Positions 1 through 10,894 of a stretch of 64,000 bases of DNA are shown in pieces. Within the stretch, counting starts at the first letter, position 1, and each line of letters starts with the position of its first letter. The notes under the pieces are model-generated. The model was not told the origin of the DNA, searched no databases, and saw nothing but the letters and a program-made list of their open reading frames with translations. A program made the position numbers and the translations under genes. The stretch is from Podarcis muralis (taxonomy: Eukaryota), in assembly GCF_964188315.1 (NCBI RefSeq), contig NC_135658.1, forward strand, positions 24,490,001 through 24,554,000, written 5' to 3'.

Positions 1-197
1 CTCAAAGCGGCTAACATTCTCCTTTCCCTTCCTCCCCCACAACAAACACTCTGTGAGGTGAGTGAGGCTGAGAGACTTCAGAGAAGTGTGACTGGCCCAA
101 GGTCACCCAGCAGCTGCATGTGGAGGAGCGGAGACGCAAATCCGGTTCACCAGATTACGAGTCCACGGCTCTTAACCACTACACCACACTGGCTCTC
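1..197 (-). mobile_element. tRNA-derived MIR/CORE-type SINE (Squam3-like), cut by the window edge
   Basis: Reverse complement starts ccagtgtggtgtagtggttaagagc (A-box-like); about 94% identical by eye (about 12 mismatches in about 190 nt) to 6154-6398. Confidence 0.85.
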
Positions 198-744
198 ATT
201 TGTTTAATGTTGCTTGTTTGGAATAATAAATTAAAAGTTGGTCTGTAGCAGGATGATTGGACTGCTGAGGCTTCCAGACTCCAGGGTCTACTTGTTAGTC
301 CCTGTATCTGGTTACTGTTTTTAAAGAAACTGAATTTCCAGTGTCTTGTTTGAATTTTCAGGGGACACGCACCCTAAAATTATGAGATTATGTTACAAGT
401 CTGTTGATCAGGCTTCTTGCTGGTTTGGACTGATGGAAATTATATTCCAAAACATCTGAAGGATGTTTTTAGAGATGTTTTTAAAATTATCACATTTTTA
501 TCTGGAGACATAGTTATCACTGGATGGCTATCATTGGCACTAGAGTTTGCTATAGACAGTCCTGCTGAATAGAACTGGCTTCTGTAAACTTTTATTTAAA
601 TATATCTAAGGAGCAATAATAGCCTATTACAGAACAGCCTTAAGTTAGTTTTTATGGCTCTTCGCTGTATGAAAATTCTCTGCTTTCAACGGTTTATCTA
701 GGTTCAGACTATTCATACTTTAACCATTATTTTGTTTCTTACAG

Positions 745-831
745 AACAACCTAACTACTGCAGCCATCCTTTTGGAAGCTGGAGCATATGTAAATTTGCA
801 GCAAAATAATGGTGAAACAGCTTTAATGAAG
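745..831 (+). CDS. MPHOSPH8: MPHOSPH8 coding exon (ankyrin repeat), phase 0-0
   Basis: ttacag|AAC...AAG|gtatgt; 87 nt encoding NNLTTAAILLEAGAYVNLQQNNGETALMK, an ankyrin repeat matching recalled human MPP8; in frame with the next exon. Confidence 0.95.
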
Positions 832-983
832 GTATGTGCTATTTGCCTGACTTATGAGGAGTAAATTTGAAGAATTTTGGAAAAACTGGATATACTCAAC
901 TAAGTTTTACTCAGGGTTGACCTATTGACAATGATGGGACCAACTTCATCAGTATTGGGACTTGTTCTTTTTAACTTGTTCAT

Positions 984-1526
984 GTCCAGTTCTGGTTGCC
1001 TGGCCTCAAAAAGAATACTGTAGAACTGGAAAGGGTCCAGAAAAAGGAAACCAAATTGATCAAGGGAATGGAACAATTATCATTTGAGGAAAGATTGCAG
1101 CATTTGGGACTTTAGTTTAGAGAAAAGGCAAGTAGGAGACTATAAGTTAGAAATTTGTAAAACTGTGCATGACAGGGATGAAAGTGGATAAAGCAGGGTT
1201 TCCCAAACTTGTGTCTTAGCTGTTTTTGGACTACAACTCCCATCATCTCTAGCTAGCAGAATCAATGGTAAGGGATGATGGGAATTGTAGTCCAAAAACA
1301 GCTGGAGACCCAAGTTTGGGAAACCCTGAGATAAAGAAAAGTTTTTCTCGCTCTCTTGTAACACTAGGACTTGTGGACGTCCCCTGAAACTGAATTAAGA
1401 TAAAAGAATGTGCACAATGCATAGTTAAACTGGGAACTTGCTCCCACAGGAGGTAGTGGTGGCCACCAACTTTGATGGCTTCAGAAGAGGATTACACAAA
1501 TCCATGGAGGGCAAGACTACCAGCTG
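984..1526 (+). mobile_element. CR1 LINE 3' fragment, interrupted by a MITE at 1194-1328
   Basis: Degraded CR1 ORF2 C-terminus (QFW...VELERVQK...LIKGMEQLSFEERLQHLGL-like) followed by CR1 3' sequence. Confidence 0.8.
1194..1328. mobile_element. Palindromic hAT-type MITE
   Basis: TIR CAGGGTTTCCCAAACTT at both ends, arms pair over about 55 bp; 8-bp TSD ggataaag/agataaag. Confidence 0.9.
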
Positions 1527-1755
1527 TTCTCACTCCACCCCAACCATCTAGTGTGAGGTTGCTTCTCAGTCACATTCTCTCTTCCCCTGAGATTGAGTGA
1601 AGGTTGACATAGAACTGGTGCTGTTATTTGGACTGTGTGGTCTCTATCTGAAAGGTTTTTAAAACCTCATAATTTCTTTGCATGAGAAGTCCTACTCCAG
1701 AATACTTGGTAAATAATGGTGCCTTTGCTGTTGCTTTCTCAACTTCCACTCGCAG

Positions 1756-1910
1756 GCTTGCAGGAGAGGGAACTACGATCTTGTGCGTCTCATGATTGAA
1801 AGTGGAGCAGACTGCAACATTTCATCAAAACATCAGACCAGTGCCCTTCATTTTGCCAAACAGTATAATAACTTACAAGTACAAGAACTCCTCACAAGTC
1901 ACCTGGCTAC
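1756..1910 (+). CDS. MPHOSPH8: MPHOSPH8 coding exon (ankyrin repeat), phase 0-2
   Basis: tcgcag|GCT...AC|gtaagt; 155 nt encoding ACRRGNYDLVRLMIESGADCNISSKHQTSALHFAKQYNNLQVQELLTSHLA(T). Confidence 0.95.
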
Positions 1911-2920
1911 GTAAGTACTTGCTTGAGAGTTGATTCAATTTACCCAGTGAATCAAGGACTATATTTAAGCTGATGTCTTGGTTTTTAAAGATGGGAAACT
2001 GGCAAGTCCTTTAGTTTGTTTAAAGTATTTACAGGCTTGCTTTCTGGACAGAATTCTCTCAGGACAGGTTAAAATATTAAAATTCAGAAATACAACAGCT
2101 GTATAGAGGTACGGATGGGATGGGAGTCATTCATTCCAAGAAACAACTCTGTGTGAAGTTCCAGAAACTGTGCAAAGCGAAGTTTGTTTACAACAGGTGC
2201 AAGGTCACTCCAAGAATGTTCTACAAATGTGAGGCTTCTGGGCTGCACAGAGAGGTGTTTAGTCTGATCTGTGTTCTCAGTGTGAAGACGTGAGGGAAGG
2301 TCTGGCAGCTTTTAGGCCTAGACCTTGAGCATTTAAGCTGAACCTCCATCAGGAATCTGATAGATGATTGTATAGTTTGCAACTTGAGAACGACAGTAAA
2401 AAAAACAACCACCTTCTGTCTGTTCTGAATTGTTTCCTGTGATTTATTTCTACATTCCATCTTAGACTTTGAACTACTACAAACTTGGAAGCTGCATGAT
2501 ACTCTGCTACAAAGGAGTCTGGTACTTGGAAGTGTACTAGACCCAAGGGAATAGGAGTTTTGCCTAGAAAATTTGCAACAGGTTTCAGGGCCTTGCCAAA
2601 GGTTCTGGATAAACCCAGCAGATAACAGCTAATGGAATTTGCTGAAGAATAAAATTTACACTTCAGTTTGAGGAGGTGCTATAGCACAGTTCTACAAAGG
2701 GCCTTACATTTTAATGCATAGGCTCCTCCAAGTCAGGCTGGGGAAGACTCCTGCTTAAAACCATAGGCATCAATTGCCAGCCTAGACATTATTCAGCTAA
2801 GTGGACTCCAAATAAGGCAGCGTTGTACATTTGCAAGCCAAGTTGCCTTATTCATTAGCTAACGTAAGGGTGCAAAGTATCTAGGCTACGGCTGATGTAC
2901 TGAAGGTCATCAGTATAAGT

Positions 2921-3057
2921 CAGGTGTGGGGGAGCTTTGTCCCTCCAGATGTTGCTCAACTGCATCTCCCATCAGCTCAGCAAGCATGGACAATAGCTGT
3001 GGATGATAGGAGTTGTAGTCCTCAACAGCTGGTGGAATAAAGGGCTCCGCACACTGG
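2921..3057. mobile_element. Degraded palindromic hAT-type MITE
   Basis: caggtgtgggg...gcacactgg ends; internal ctcccatca / tgataggagttgtagtc motifs shared with 1194-1328; TSD poor. Confidence 0.6.
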
Positions 3058-3447
3058 CTATAAAGTGAGATTTTTTCTCTCTTTCACTGTTGGTTAGTAG
3101 TTTGGAAGATGCTGCCCTGACTAACTATATTTTCCTTTGTTGATGGATTATTTGGGCTTTGCTCGTCCTGTATGAAGTTTTAAAAGCACAATGGAAGTGC
3201 GTACACATAATGCCATATTTTAAAATCAAAACACTTGGTAATAAAAATCTGTCCAGAGCTTCTGTATGGCGTTGGATTTACGCTACTCAACTAGAAATGG
3301 TTGAGAACAAAATTGTGTCAACTGCTAGTTTGAAGTAGTAGTCAAGGTTTTGTGTTTATAATAGATATGATACTGAAAAAAGGGTAACTATAATTTATTT
3401 ACATAAATTATAATGTCGACAGCTTGACTTTGTCTTTCCTTGTTTAG

Positions 3448-3602
3448 ACTCTCGCGAGTGGCAGAAGACACAATCAAGGAATACTTTGAAGCCCGTCTTA
3501 TTTTGATGGAACCTGTGCTTGATATTGCGTGTCATCGGCTTTGTGAGGGACCAGATTATTCTTCAGAGTTCACCTATAAACCCCCGCAGACTGTGCCTGA
3601 AG
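3448..3602 (+). CDS. MPHOSPH8: MPHOSPH8 coding exon (C-terminal domain), phase 2-1
   Basis: gtttag|A CTC...GAA G|gttgta; 155 nt encoding LSRVAEDTIKEYFEARLILMEPVLDIACHRLCEGPDYSSEFTYKPPQTVPE(G). A second in-frame donor lies at 3606. Confidence 0.93.
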
Positions 3603-3966
3603 GTTGTATGAGAAGGCATTCTTTCTTCGAACATTGAACTGTGTGTGAGTGAGTGAGAGTCCACCCACCCTCTGGGCAGATCAGAAACAGACTAAGTTGT
3701 GCTTAATAGCAACATTTATGCTTTAATCTCTGGGTAGCTGAAACACTGAGCTTACCTGATTCTTCTGGCAGTAGAGAGATTATGGTCTGAGAGACAAAAA
3801 AGCATATCCAAATATTATGGTAAAATTATTGGAACCAAATGGTAGGGAATAAGAACTAGAGTCGCCAAAATGAAATGCGGCTGTTTTATTTTGTTTGTTC
3901 CTTGTCTGGCAGTCATGTGCTTTTCAGGATTGGCAATGGAAACAGATACTTAGCATCTCAAAATGA

Positions 3967-4135
3967 CCGTATTTTTTGCACCATAACACTCACTTTTTTC
4001 CTCCTAAAAAGTAAGGGGAAATGTCTGTGCGTGTTATGGAGGGAATGCCGACGGGTGGCATGCCTACAGATTTTCCTCCTCTAAAAACTACGTGCGTGTT
4101 ATGGTCGGGTGCGTGTTATAGGGCGAAAAATACGG
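3967..4135. mobile_element. Tc2/pogo-type MITE, 169 bp
   Basis: CCGTATTTTT...AAAAATACGG termini, TA on the right; the first ~85 bp align with the left end of 11474-12506. Confidence 0.85.
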
Positions 4136-4722
4136 TAATTTGAAACAGTTCGGGATTTGCTGTCCAGAGTGCCTCTTTCTGATTTGTAACAGGGATAGTT
4201 GTTTTACAAGGGCGGATGGAGGGAATTTGCCCAGCTAGTCAATAGATTAAGCCCACAATTTATGCACATTAAATATGTGCACATTAAGATTTACACACTT
4301 GGGAGGGGACTTAAAAGGGGGTAGGTGTCCAGGAAAAAAGACTTTGGCATTCCCACCCACCGTTGCACTATATGTTTTGACTAGGTGATTTTGGCTTTAG
4401 GTGCGATCCACAGAACATAATCTCTGCGTAAATTGAGGGCTTAGTATAAGAACAATGTAATCCAGGCTGTGTTGCCAGTTTATCCTCTTCCATGTGGATT
4501 TTTTGAGTCTTTCTCCAAACTTTTATTAGGTATTACAGATTCTTTGAGTCATCTGATCAGTTTTGATCAGACTGTTGGTATTTAAGTATGTTACCCACAG
4601 TTAAAATCTCAGGCTTTTCAAACATTTGCTTGTCGAGACAGATTTTAAGCATTTCCTCATATAAGTGGCAATTCATCATTTGGATTGTACTCTTTTAATG
4701 CATGATTGTTTCTTTTCCACAG

Positions 4723-4850
4723 GTTCTGGCATTCTTTTATTTATTTTCCATGCAAACTTCTGCGGTAATGTTGTTGCTGCTCGGCTCTGTGGACCATGTG
4801 GTGTACAAGCTGTGGTTCTGAATGATAAATTCCAGTTCCCTGTCTTTTTG
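4723..4850 (+). CDS. MPHOSPH8: MPHOSPH8 coding exon (C-terminal domain), phase 1-0
   Basis: ccacag|GT TCT...TTG|gtaaat; 128 nt encoding (G)SGILLFIFHANFCGNVVAARLCGPCGVQAVVLNDKFQFPVFL. Confidence 0.95.
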
Positions 4851-4904
4851 GTAAATGTTTCATGTTCTTCACTGACCATATAACAATTATTCAGAAATAT
4901 AAAG

Positions 4905-5006
4905 TTGGGTAGCCATGTGTCATGGATGCTTTAGTTGAGATTCCTGCATTGCAGAAGGTTGGACTAGATAACCCTCGGGATCACTTCCAACTCTGTGATT
5001 CTATTA
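4905..5006 (+). mobile_element. CR1 3'-end fragment
   Basis: gattcctgcattgcag...ggttggactag...ttccaactctgtgattcta, a typical CR1 3' terminus. Confidence 0.75.
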
Positions 5007-5240
5007 TTTATACCAGACATATTTGCTTATAAAAATATATATCTATATATATCAACCATTTGTATACTGCTTAATCACAGTTGTTTCTAACAAGTGTACA
5101 GGTAACTCAATACAGTAAGAGTAAAATGAATTAAATCCATTAAATTAATTAAAGAGTTTTAAACTAAAGCCTGATGGCTGGCATGATAGCTTTTGAGGGT
5201 ATCAGAAAATTCTGAAAGCCCCATCATTCCTTATCAATGT

Positions 5241-5473
5241 TACTGGATCCAAACTACAAGAAAGAAGATTCCACCTAAACATTAGGAAGAACTTCCTGAT
5301 AGTAAGAGCTGTTGGACAGTGGAATTTGCTGCCAAGGAGTGTGGTGGAGTCTCCTTCTTTGGAGGTCTTTAAGCAGAGGCTTGACAACCATATGTCAGGA
5401 GTGCTCTGATGGTGTTTCCTGCTTGGCAGGGGGTTGGGCCCTTGTGGTCTATTCCAACTCTATGATTCTATGA
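5241..5473 (+). mobile_element. CR1 3'-end fragment
   Basis: aagattccacctaaacattaggaagaacttcctg...ttccaactctatgattctatga, ending in an octamer-type tail. Confidence 0.85.
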
Positions 5474-6153
5474 TGCTGCTGTTCAGGTAAATCTTTAGAC
5501 CTTGGATATAAGCCTGTTCTCCAGAGTTTCGTACTTTGTGATGTCAAACAGAATGTGTCAGCGCACCTTAAATGCTGCTTTAGTATTGCTTACTGTTTTA
5601 ATAAGCACTTTTAGCTCAGCAAAATGCCTTGGAAAATTTTCAAACCTGAGTGTTATCAGTCGAGGGTATAGATAATGTTGGCCCTCTTACTTGTAACGTC
5701 TTGGTTCTGGATTCCTACCAATGTTGCCTGCAGTTTTTGGCTGGCCTTGCTGGGCAGTATAGCCTCCCACCCCCACCCCAGTGCAAACCCTGCAGGCCTC
5801 TCCTGAGGAAAAATATGAGAGGAAGTGTGCCAGCTTTGGCCCTGCTGCATAAAGGGCACCCCAAGCGCCTTTGCACAAGGAACTCTCTCCCTACTTCCTG
5901 ACAGCCTTTGCTTAATAGGGAAATAGCCTTTGATGTTTTTATACCAGTTCTTGGTGTATCCTGAAATCTTTTTGCACCTAGCAGCTATTAATAGAAGTTG
6001 CCTAACATTTCCTGTATTAAGACAACTTCAAATAGTAAGATTTTTGTGTTTCAACATAATTCCCAGCTTTTTGTCCACCTCCCCAAAATTTTGATTTGCA
6101 TATAGACAAATTGTTCTGGAGAACTTGCTTGCTTACTACCAGCTTGCTTACTA

Positions 6154-6398
6154 CCAGTGTGATGTAGTGGTTAAGAGCAGCGGACTCGTAATCTGGTGAA
6201 CCAGGTTCGCATCTCTGCGCCTCCACATGCAGCTGCTGGGTGACCTTGGGCCAGTCACACTTCTCTGAAGTCTCTCAGCCCCACTCACCTCACAGAGTGT
6301 TTGTTGTGGGGGAGGAAGGGAAAGGAGATTGTTAGCCTCTTTGAGACTCCTTAGGGTAGTGATAAAGTGGGATATCAAATCCAAACTCTTCTTCTTCT
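6154..6398 (+). mobile_element. Full-length MIR/CORE-type SINE (Squam3-like)
   Basis: tRNA-like head (ccagtgtgatgtagtggttaagagc...ggttcg), CORE-like body, (TTC)n tail; inverted partner of 1-197. Confidence 0.85.
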
Positions 6399-6933
6399 AC
6401 TTGGTAACATTAGTTGGCCCTAATAAAAGTTAGCTTACTATACACTTTGGATTTTTTCCCCAAGGGACTAGTAGGATTACCTATGATTTTATGTAAAAAG
6501 GGAGCTTAACTTTCGTATATAACATCAAGTAAACATTTCCCTAATGATGGCTTATCAAATGGGAGGGAAATAGCAAGCTCTGGAACATTTCCATACTTCT
6601 TAAGAGTTCTGTTAACAACAGAGTTCCCCATTTAGGTTTTTTTTCTGGTTTTGAAGGCACAAGCAAATTAAATGGGGTTCAGATTTTCTTTCTACTTCAT
6701 CCTAGGCACTTGGGGCACAGCTCTTAGTTGACCCTGTTGCTTACCCCAATAAGTGTATTTTGAAGTAGGGGAAAATCTGCGGAGCTAAGCAGAGTCCACG
6801 GTGGGGTTTTTTAAAGCTGTATTTACTTCTAATAGCAGATGGTGAGGTGGGCAGCAGACATCTGCAACTGCTTTGCAAGTGACATGTTGCAGCAAGATAA
6901 AAATCAGCTCTCTTCCTAGGACCCTGTTGCGTG

Positions 6934-7510
6934 CCAGTGTGGTTTAGTGGTTAGTATTGCACTAATGGGACGCGGGTGGCGCTATGGGTTAAACCACAGA
7001 GCCTAGGACTTGCCAATCGGAAGGTCGGCGGTTCGAATCCCCGCAATGGGGTGAGCTCCCGTTGCTCGGTCCCTGCTCCTGCCAACCTAGCAGTTCGAAA
7101 GCATGTCAAAGTGCAAGTAGATAAATAGGTACCGCTCCAGCGGGAAGGTAAACGGTGTTTCCGTGTGCTGCTCTGGTTCGCCAGAAGCGACTTAGTCATG
7201 CTGGCCACATGACCCGGAAGCTGTATGCTGGCTCCCTCGGCCAATAAAGCGAGATGAGCGCCGCAACCCCAGAGTCGGTCACGACTGGACCTAATGGTCA
7301 GGGGTCCCTTTACCTTTACCACTAATGAGACCGTGATTCAGAGCCCCACTCAGCTGTGAAGCTTGCCTTGAGTCAGGCACAGTATCTCGGCATAAGCTAC
7401 CTCACAGCATTGATGTGTGGATAAAATGGAGGTGGAGAACCATTTGTACCATCTTATGCTCCTTGGAGGAAAGGTGGGCTATAAATACTGTAATAATAGT
7501 GGTAGTAAAA
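6934..7510 (+). mobile_element. Old tRNA-derived MIR-like SINE, split by a Sauria SINE
   Basis: Head ccagtgtggtttagtggttag at 6934 resumes after 7320; the 3' part gctccttggaggaaagg...ataaatac resembles 35203-35396. Confidence 0.6.
6967..7320 (+). mobile_element. Full-length Sauria SINE
   Basis: gggacgcgggtggcgc head, ggttcgaatcc B box, (ACCTTT)n tail; flanked by duplicated cactaat(g). Confidence 0.95.
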
Positions 7511-7909
7511 TAATAATGAGCAGGATGTGGAGGTCTTGCTCCCTTCTGCCCTATAGCTCAATACCTAGAGTAGCCAAGTTACCCGTTGCCTCCTTCTCAT
7601 CCTCTCACCCTCCCTCCCAGCCCCACAGAGCTTTTCATCCTTCGTGGAATGAGCAATTCTCTTCGCGGATGTTCCAGGTGAGTGGCTAGGCTAATTAATA
7701 TTACTCTGGCATTGGTGCCAATTCTGCCCAGCCTCACGCCCTCCCTGTTCTGGGCTCCTTTAATGTCAACCCTTCGCTAAGTCCCCTGCCAGTGTCTGCC
7801 CAACAGAATTGGCAGGGCTATAGACGAGCTCCACCTCTTCACAGAGACTTACGAAAGGAAGCTTTTAAGCTCATCTCCACCCACGTTAAGAATTCCAGGG
7901 ATCAAAACC

Positions 7910-8140
7910 AGTTAAGAATGCATCAGCTCTGTTGAACCAGACCAAAGCTTCACCTCATCTAGCATCCTATTCCCACCGTGGCAAGATGCCTGAGAGAGCA
8001 GTTTATAAATAAGGCATGAAGGCAGTAGCCCTCTTCCTGTTGCTTCCCAGCTACTCACAGTGGGTAGCATACTGTCCCTGAGCTTTTATATTGCTGTTAT
8101 GACTAAGAGCTAGCATTGGGTCTATCATTGTAGCTTGTTA
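7910..8140 (-). mobile_element. Degraded CR1 3' fragment (taagaaca-tail family)
   Basis: gaaccagaccaaag...catctagcatcctattccc...gtggc.agatgcc, the same motif as 22218, 52596 and 59382. Confidence 0.5.
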
Positions 8141-8561
8141 AAGCCTAAGTCTGTAAGAACATGGTGAGACCCGAACCCATCTTCAGATGTCTCTCACGCT
8201 GCCACCCCTGCCAGATATCTGTCTCTGAAAACTTCCGTGCGCTCTCCATCGTGCCAGAGCTCCTAGGCTTGGCATTAGAGTTTGTTATTCAATTCAGTGC
8301 GAGGCTGCGTAGGTGAACAAGCAGGGAGGGAAACATCCAAGAATGTGATGTTGCAGCAGCAGCAGAGTTCTTTGTTTCCCGTTAAACTTATGGCCACCAT
8401 TGGGTCTTTGCTCAGCTTAGTCACACACACACGTTGTTCAAAAAGGGGTTGCAGGTGAAGAGTTGATGGTTCTCTTGCAGCTTGTCTAGCTAACCAGGAG
8501 CATAATATTGTGACATGTGGGCAAAGAATAATTTGCTCTTTTCTTTCTTTTTTATTTTTAG

Positions 8562-8645
8562 GACAGTCACTTCATTTACTCCTTCAGTCCTATTCCAGGC
8601 CTTAACAAACTCTTCATACGATTGGTGGAAGCTCCTACTGCCAAG
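8562..8645 (+). CDS. MPHOSPH8: MPHOSPH8 penultimate coding exon, phase 0-0
   Basis: Long polypyrimidine tract, tttag|GAC...AAG|gtgaga; 84 nt encoding DSHFIYSFSPIPGLNKLFIRLVEAPTAK. Confidence 0.95.
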
Positions 8646-9245
8646 GTGAGAAATGCAAGTCCAGGTGCATGCACACAAACTGACATTCAGTAGAGCTAAG
8701 GAAATAAATCAGCTTAAGTTAGTCATCACCAACGAGTTCAGTAAATCTACTCAGTTCGTGAAGTGGTTGGAAACAATGCAGATACGTTTATTTATTAAAT
8801 GTGTGCCCTGCCCTTCATCCAAAGATCACTGGACGGTTCACAGAAATAAAAAAACAAGCAGAAGAAAGGCATAATAAAACAATAATACATAATTACCTTC
8901 CTTTACTAAATTATCAAACTAGTCTATATTTTAAAATAATTTCCCACCCTGCTTTTTGACCCTGACAGGGTCCCCCAAGTGTATTGTGGTAACAAAATGC
9001 AAGAGCTACTGCTTGATGTAGTTTTCATAGGGTCCTCAGACTAGGAGTTGTTTCATCCATCAGAATGTTTTAATATACCTGTGTAAAATATGTTCATTGT
9101 GCAAAATAACTGAACCCATACTTTAATCACTGTTGAGAGTGAAGCTAGCAGCTCTTTGAGGACATACATGTACTTGTGAGTATGTCATCCATGCCTTTTC
9201 AGCATTTAATTGGATGGATAGTCAATGGCATTTTTTTCCTTACAG

Positions 9246-9287
9246 GTGAAGCTGCTGATAGGTGCATACAGAGTGCAGCTGCCATAA
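9246..9287 (+). CDS. MPHOSPH8: MPHOSPH8 terminal coding exon
   Basis: ttttttccttacag|GTG...CCA TAA; VKLLIGAYRVQLP*, matching the MPP8 C-terminus. Confidence 0.95.
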   Translation: MKLLIGAYRVQLP

Positions 9288-9770
9288 GCTAATGAACTTC
9301 ATGCTGTTGATGCAGTTATTTTCTTGGAAGTATTTGTTTACTTCTTCCTTTTTGACTGATCAAGCAGTTTGGGAACTCCTGGTGCAGTCAGGACTCTGAC
9401 AATTGGTTCAATCCCTTTCTTTTTTACCTGGTCTCCGTTTTACTTGTGAATTCTTATGCAGGTTAGCAGCCACGTGCTGCTTAAGAAAGTGGACAAGATG
9501 GTTTTATTTTGTTTGTATATAGGTATTTGTGCCAATGATTGTAATTCTACATTTCAAAGTTCAGACTGCATATTTCAGCATTTGCACAGTGTGAAGTGGT
9601 GCAAAACCCTTAAAATGATGAAGACTCTTTTAAAAGTCTGGTTCTTGATTGTAGATGCTAAATTTTGTCCTACTTCAGTGTTTGTATTTAAGCTAACGCT
9701 TTTTTAAAGCAGGCAGAGCTATATTTGCTATTGCAGTTTAAATACAGGAATATAGATAGGCTTTTGCCTT

Positions 9771-9776
9771 AATAAA
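9771..9776 (+). terminator. Candidate MPHOSPH8 poly(A) signal (proximal)
   Basis: AATAAA about 480 nt after the stop, followed by a GT-rich tract (tgtggcttatc...ggtggttgtggtt). Confidence 0.5.
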
Positions 9777-9954
9777 AGATTGTGGCTTATCAATGGCGGT
9801 GGTTGTGGTTAAGCCTGGAAAAAAACCCCTGTAATTGTACTTCTTTCCATAACTAAACTTTTAACAGATACTTTCAAATTGGTTTTTTTAAGGCAGACCA
9901 TATTTATAGACTTATTCTATCTCCTCAGTCCCTAAAGGATTCATCTGGTGTCCT

Positions 9955-9960
9955 AATAAA
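9955..9960 (+). terminator. Candidate MPHOSPH8 poly(A) signal (distal)
   Basis: AATAAA; faces a minus-strand AATAAA at 9971-9976. Confidence 0.4.
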
Positions 9961-10894
9961 TGGACACAATTTTATTGGCTAGCAGCATTTCTGTACAAAT
10001 GAAATGTAAGCTGTATGAATTATAAAACTTCTTTGTAAGATGAAACATTGTTAAAAGATAAAACTTCATATTGAAACTCTACTGTATATCAAGCAATGTG
10101 TCAGTGAAAATGTAGAAAAATTATAGGAAGTAGTGCAACTTTTAAATGAGAAATGAAATTTGTGTGAAATATGTAAGTCCCAAAAGGCAGCTTCAATCTG
10201 GCATATGTTGCGGAACATAAAACTTGGGTTTTCCCATATTTGTTCAAAGCATAACCATCTATAAATACTTTGTCCGAAGGAAATTTCAGTTGTTAACACC
10301 TTTGATAGTACTTATGTGTGTGTCTCACATTGGTGGTTACCCAACCACCTATCATTTGAAAATTGCTGAAGCTCCTGGTGGGCCACTTGATTGATTTCTC
10401 TACGTGTTGTAATAATTGTAAAGTGCTGCACTTTCTACTTTGGGTCCTTTTCGGCTGGAGAACAATCTTGATTACCACCAGGGCATGATCTGTGTTCCAT
10501 TTGGCATTGTGATACAAATGCAGTTCAGTGTGGATGAACTTTCTGCACAAAGCAGAAAGTGTAGCCTCAAATCAAAACTGCTAGAACAACCATACCTGAA
10601 CTTTGAGCACTTCTGATTCCCTTGAACAAGCTCTACTGAACTGCCCCAGAGGCATTTATGAAACAGGTGGGAAAGTAAGTATATGCAGTAGGTATATTTA
10701 TCCCAGATGGATGCTGATTACTATAAACAAAGCAGTAGTACTTCTTAGTAGTAGTACTTTTTTTGAAACAACAAATTCATTTGTTCCATTCATATGGAAA
10801 ACAGGCCAGTTTTGTTTGAAAGCAGTTAATGAGAACATCCCGTAATGTTCTGGATACTGGATTTTTTTTAGGTAAATGAGCAGATCAATATGGT

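Noticed and set aside
6951-7322. 123-aa ORF, with similar ORFs at 22755-23114, 36121-36465 and 47013-47219
   Set aside because: Recurrent antisense frame of Sauria SINEs.
7716-7814. 11-bp inverted repeat tgccaattctg/cagaattggca
   Set aside because: Too short, with no TSD and no extension of pairing; may be chance or an unassignable MITE remnant.
10543-10595. Intron between the donor at 10595 and the acceptor at 10543
   Set aside because: 53 nt is below the usual vertebrate minimum, so the two sites are unlikely to be used together.
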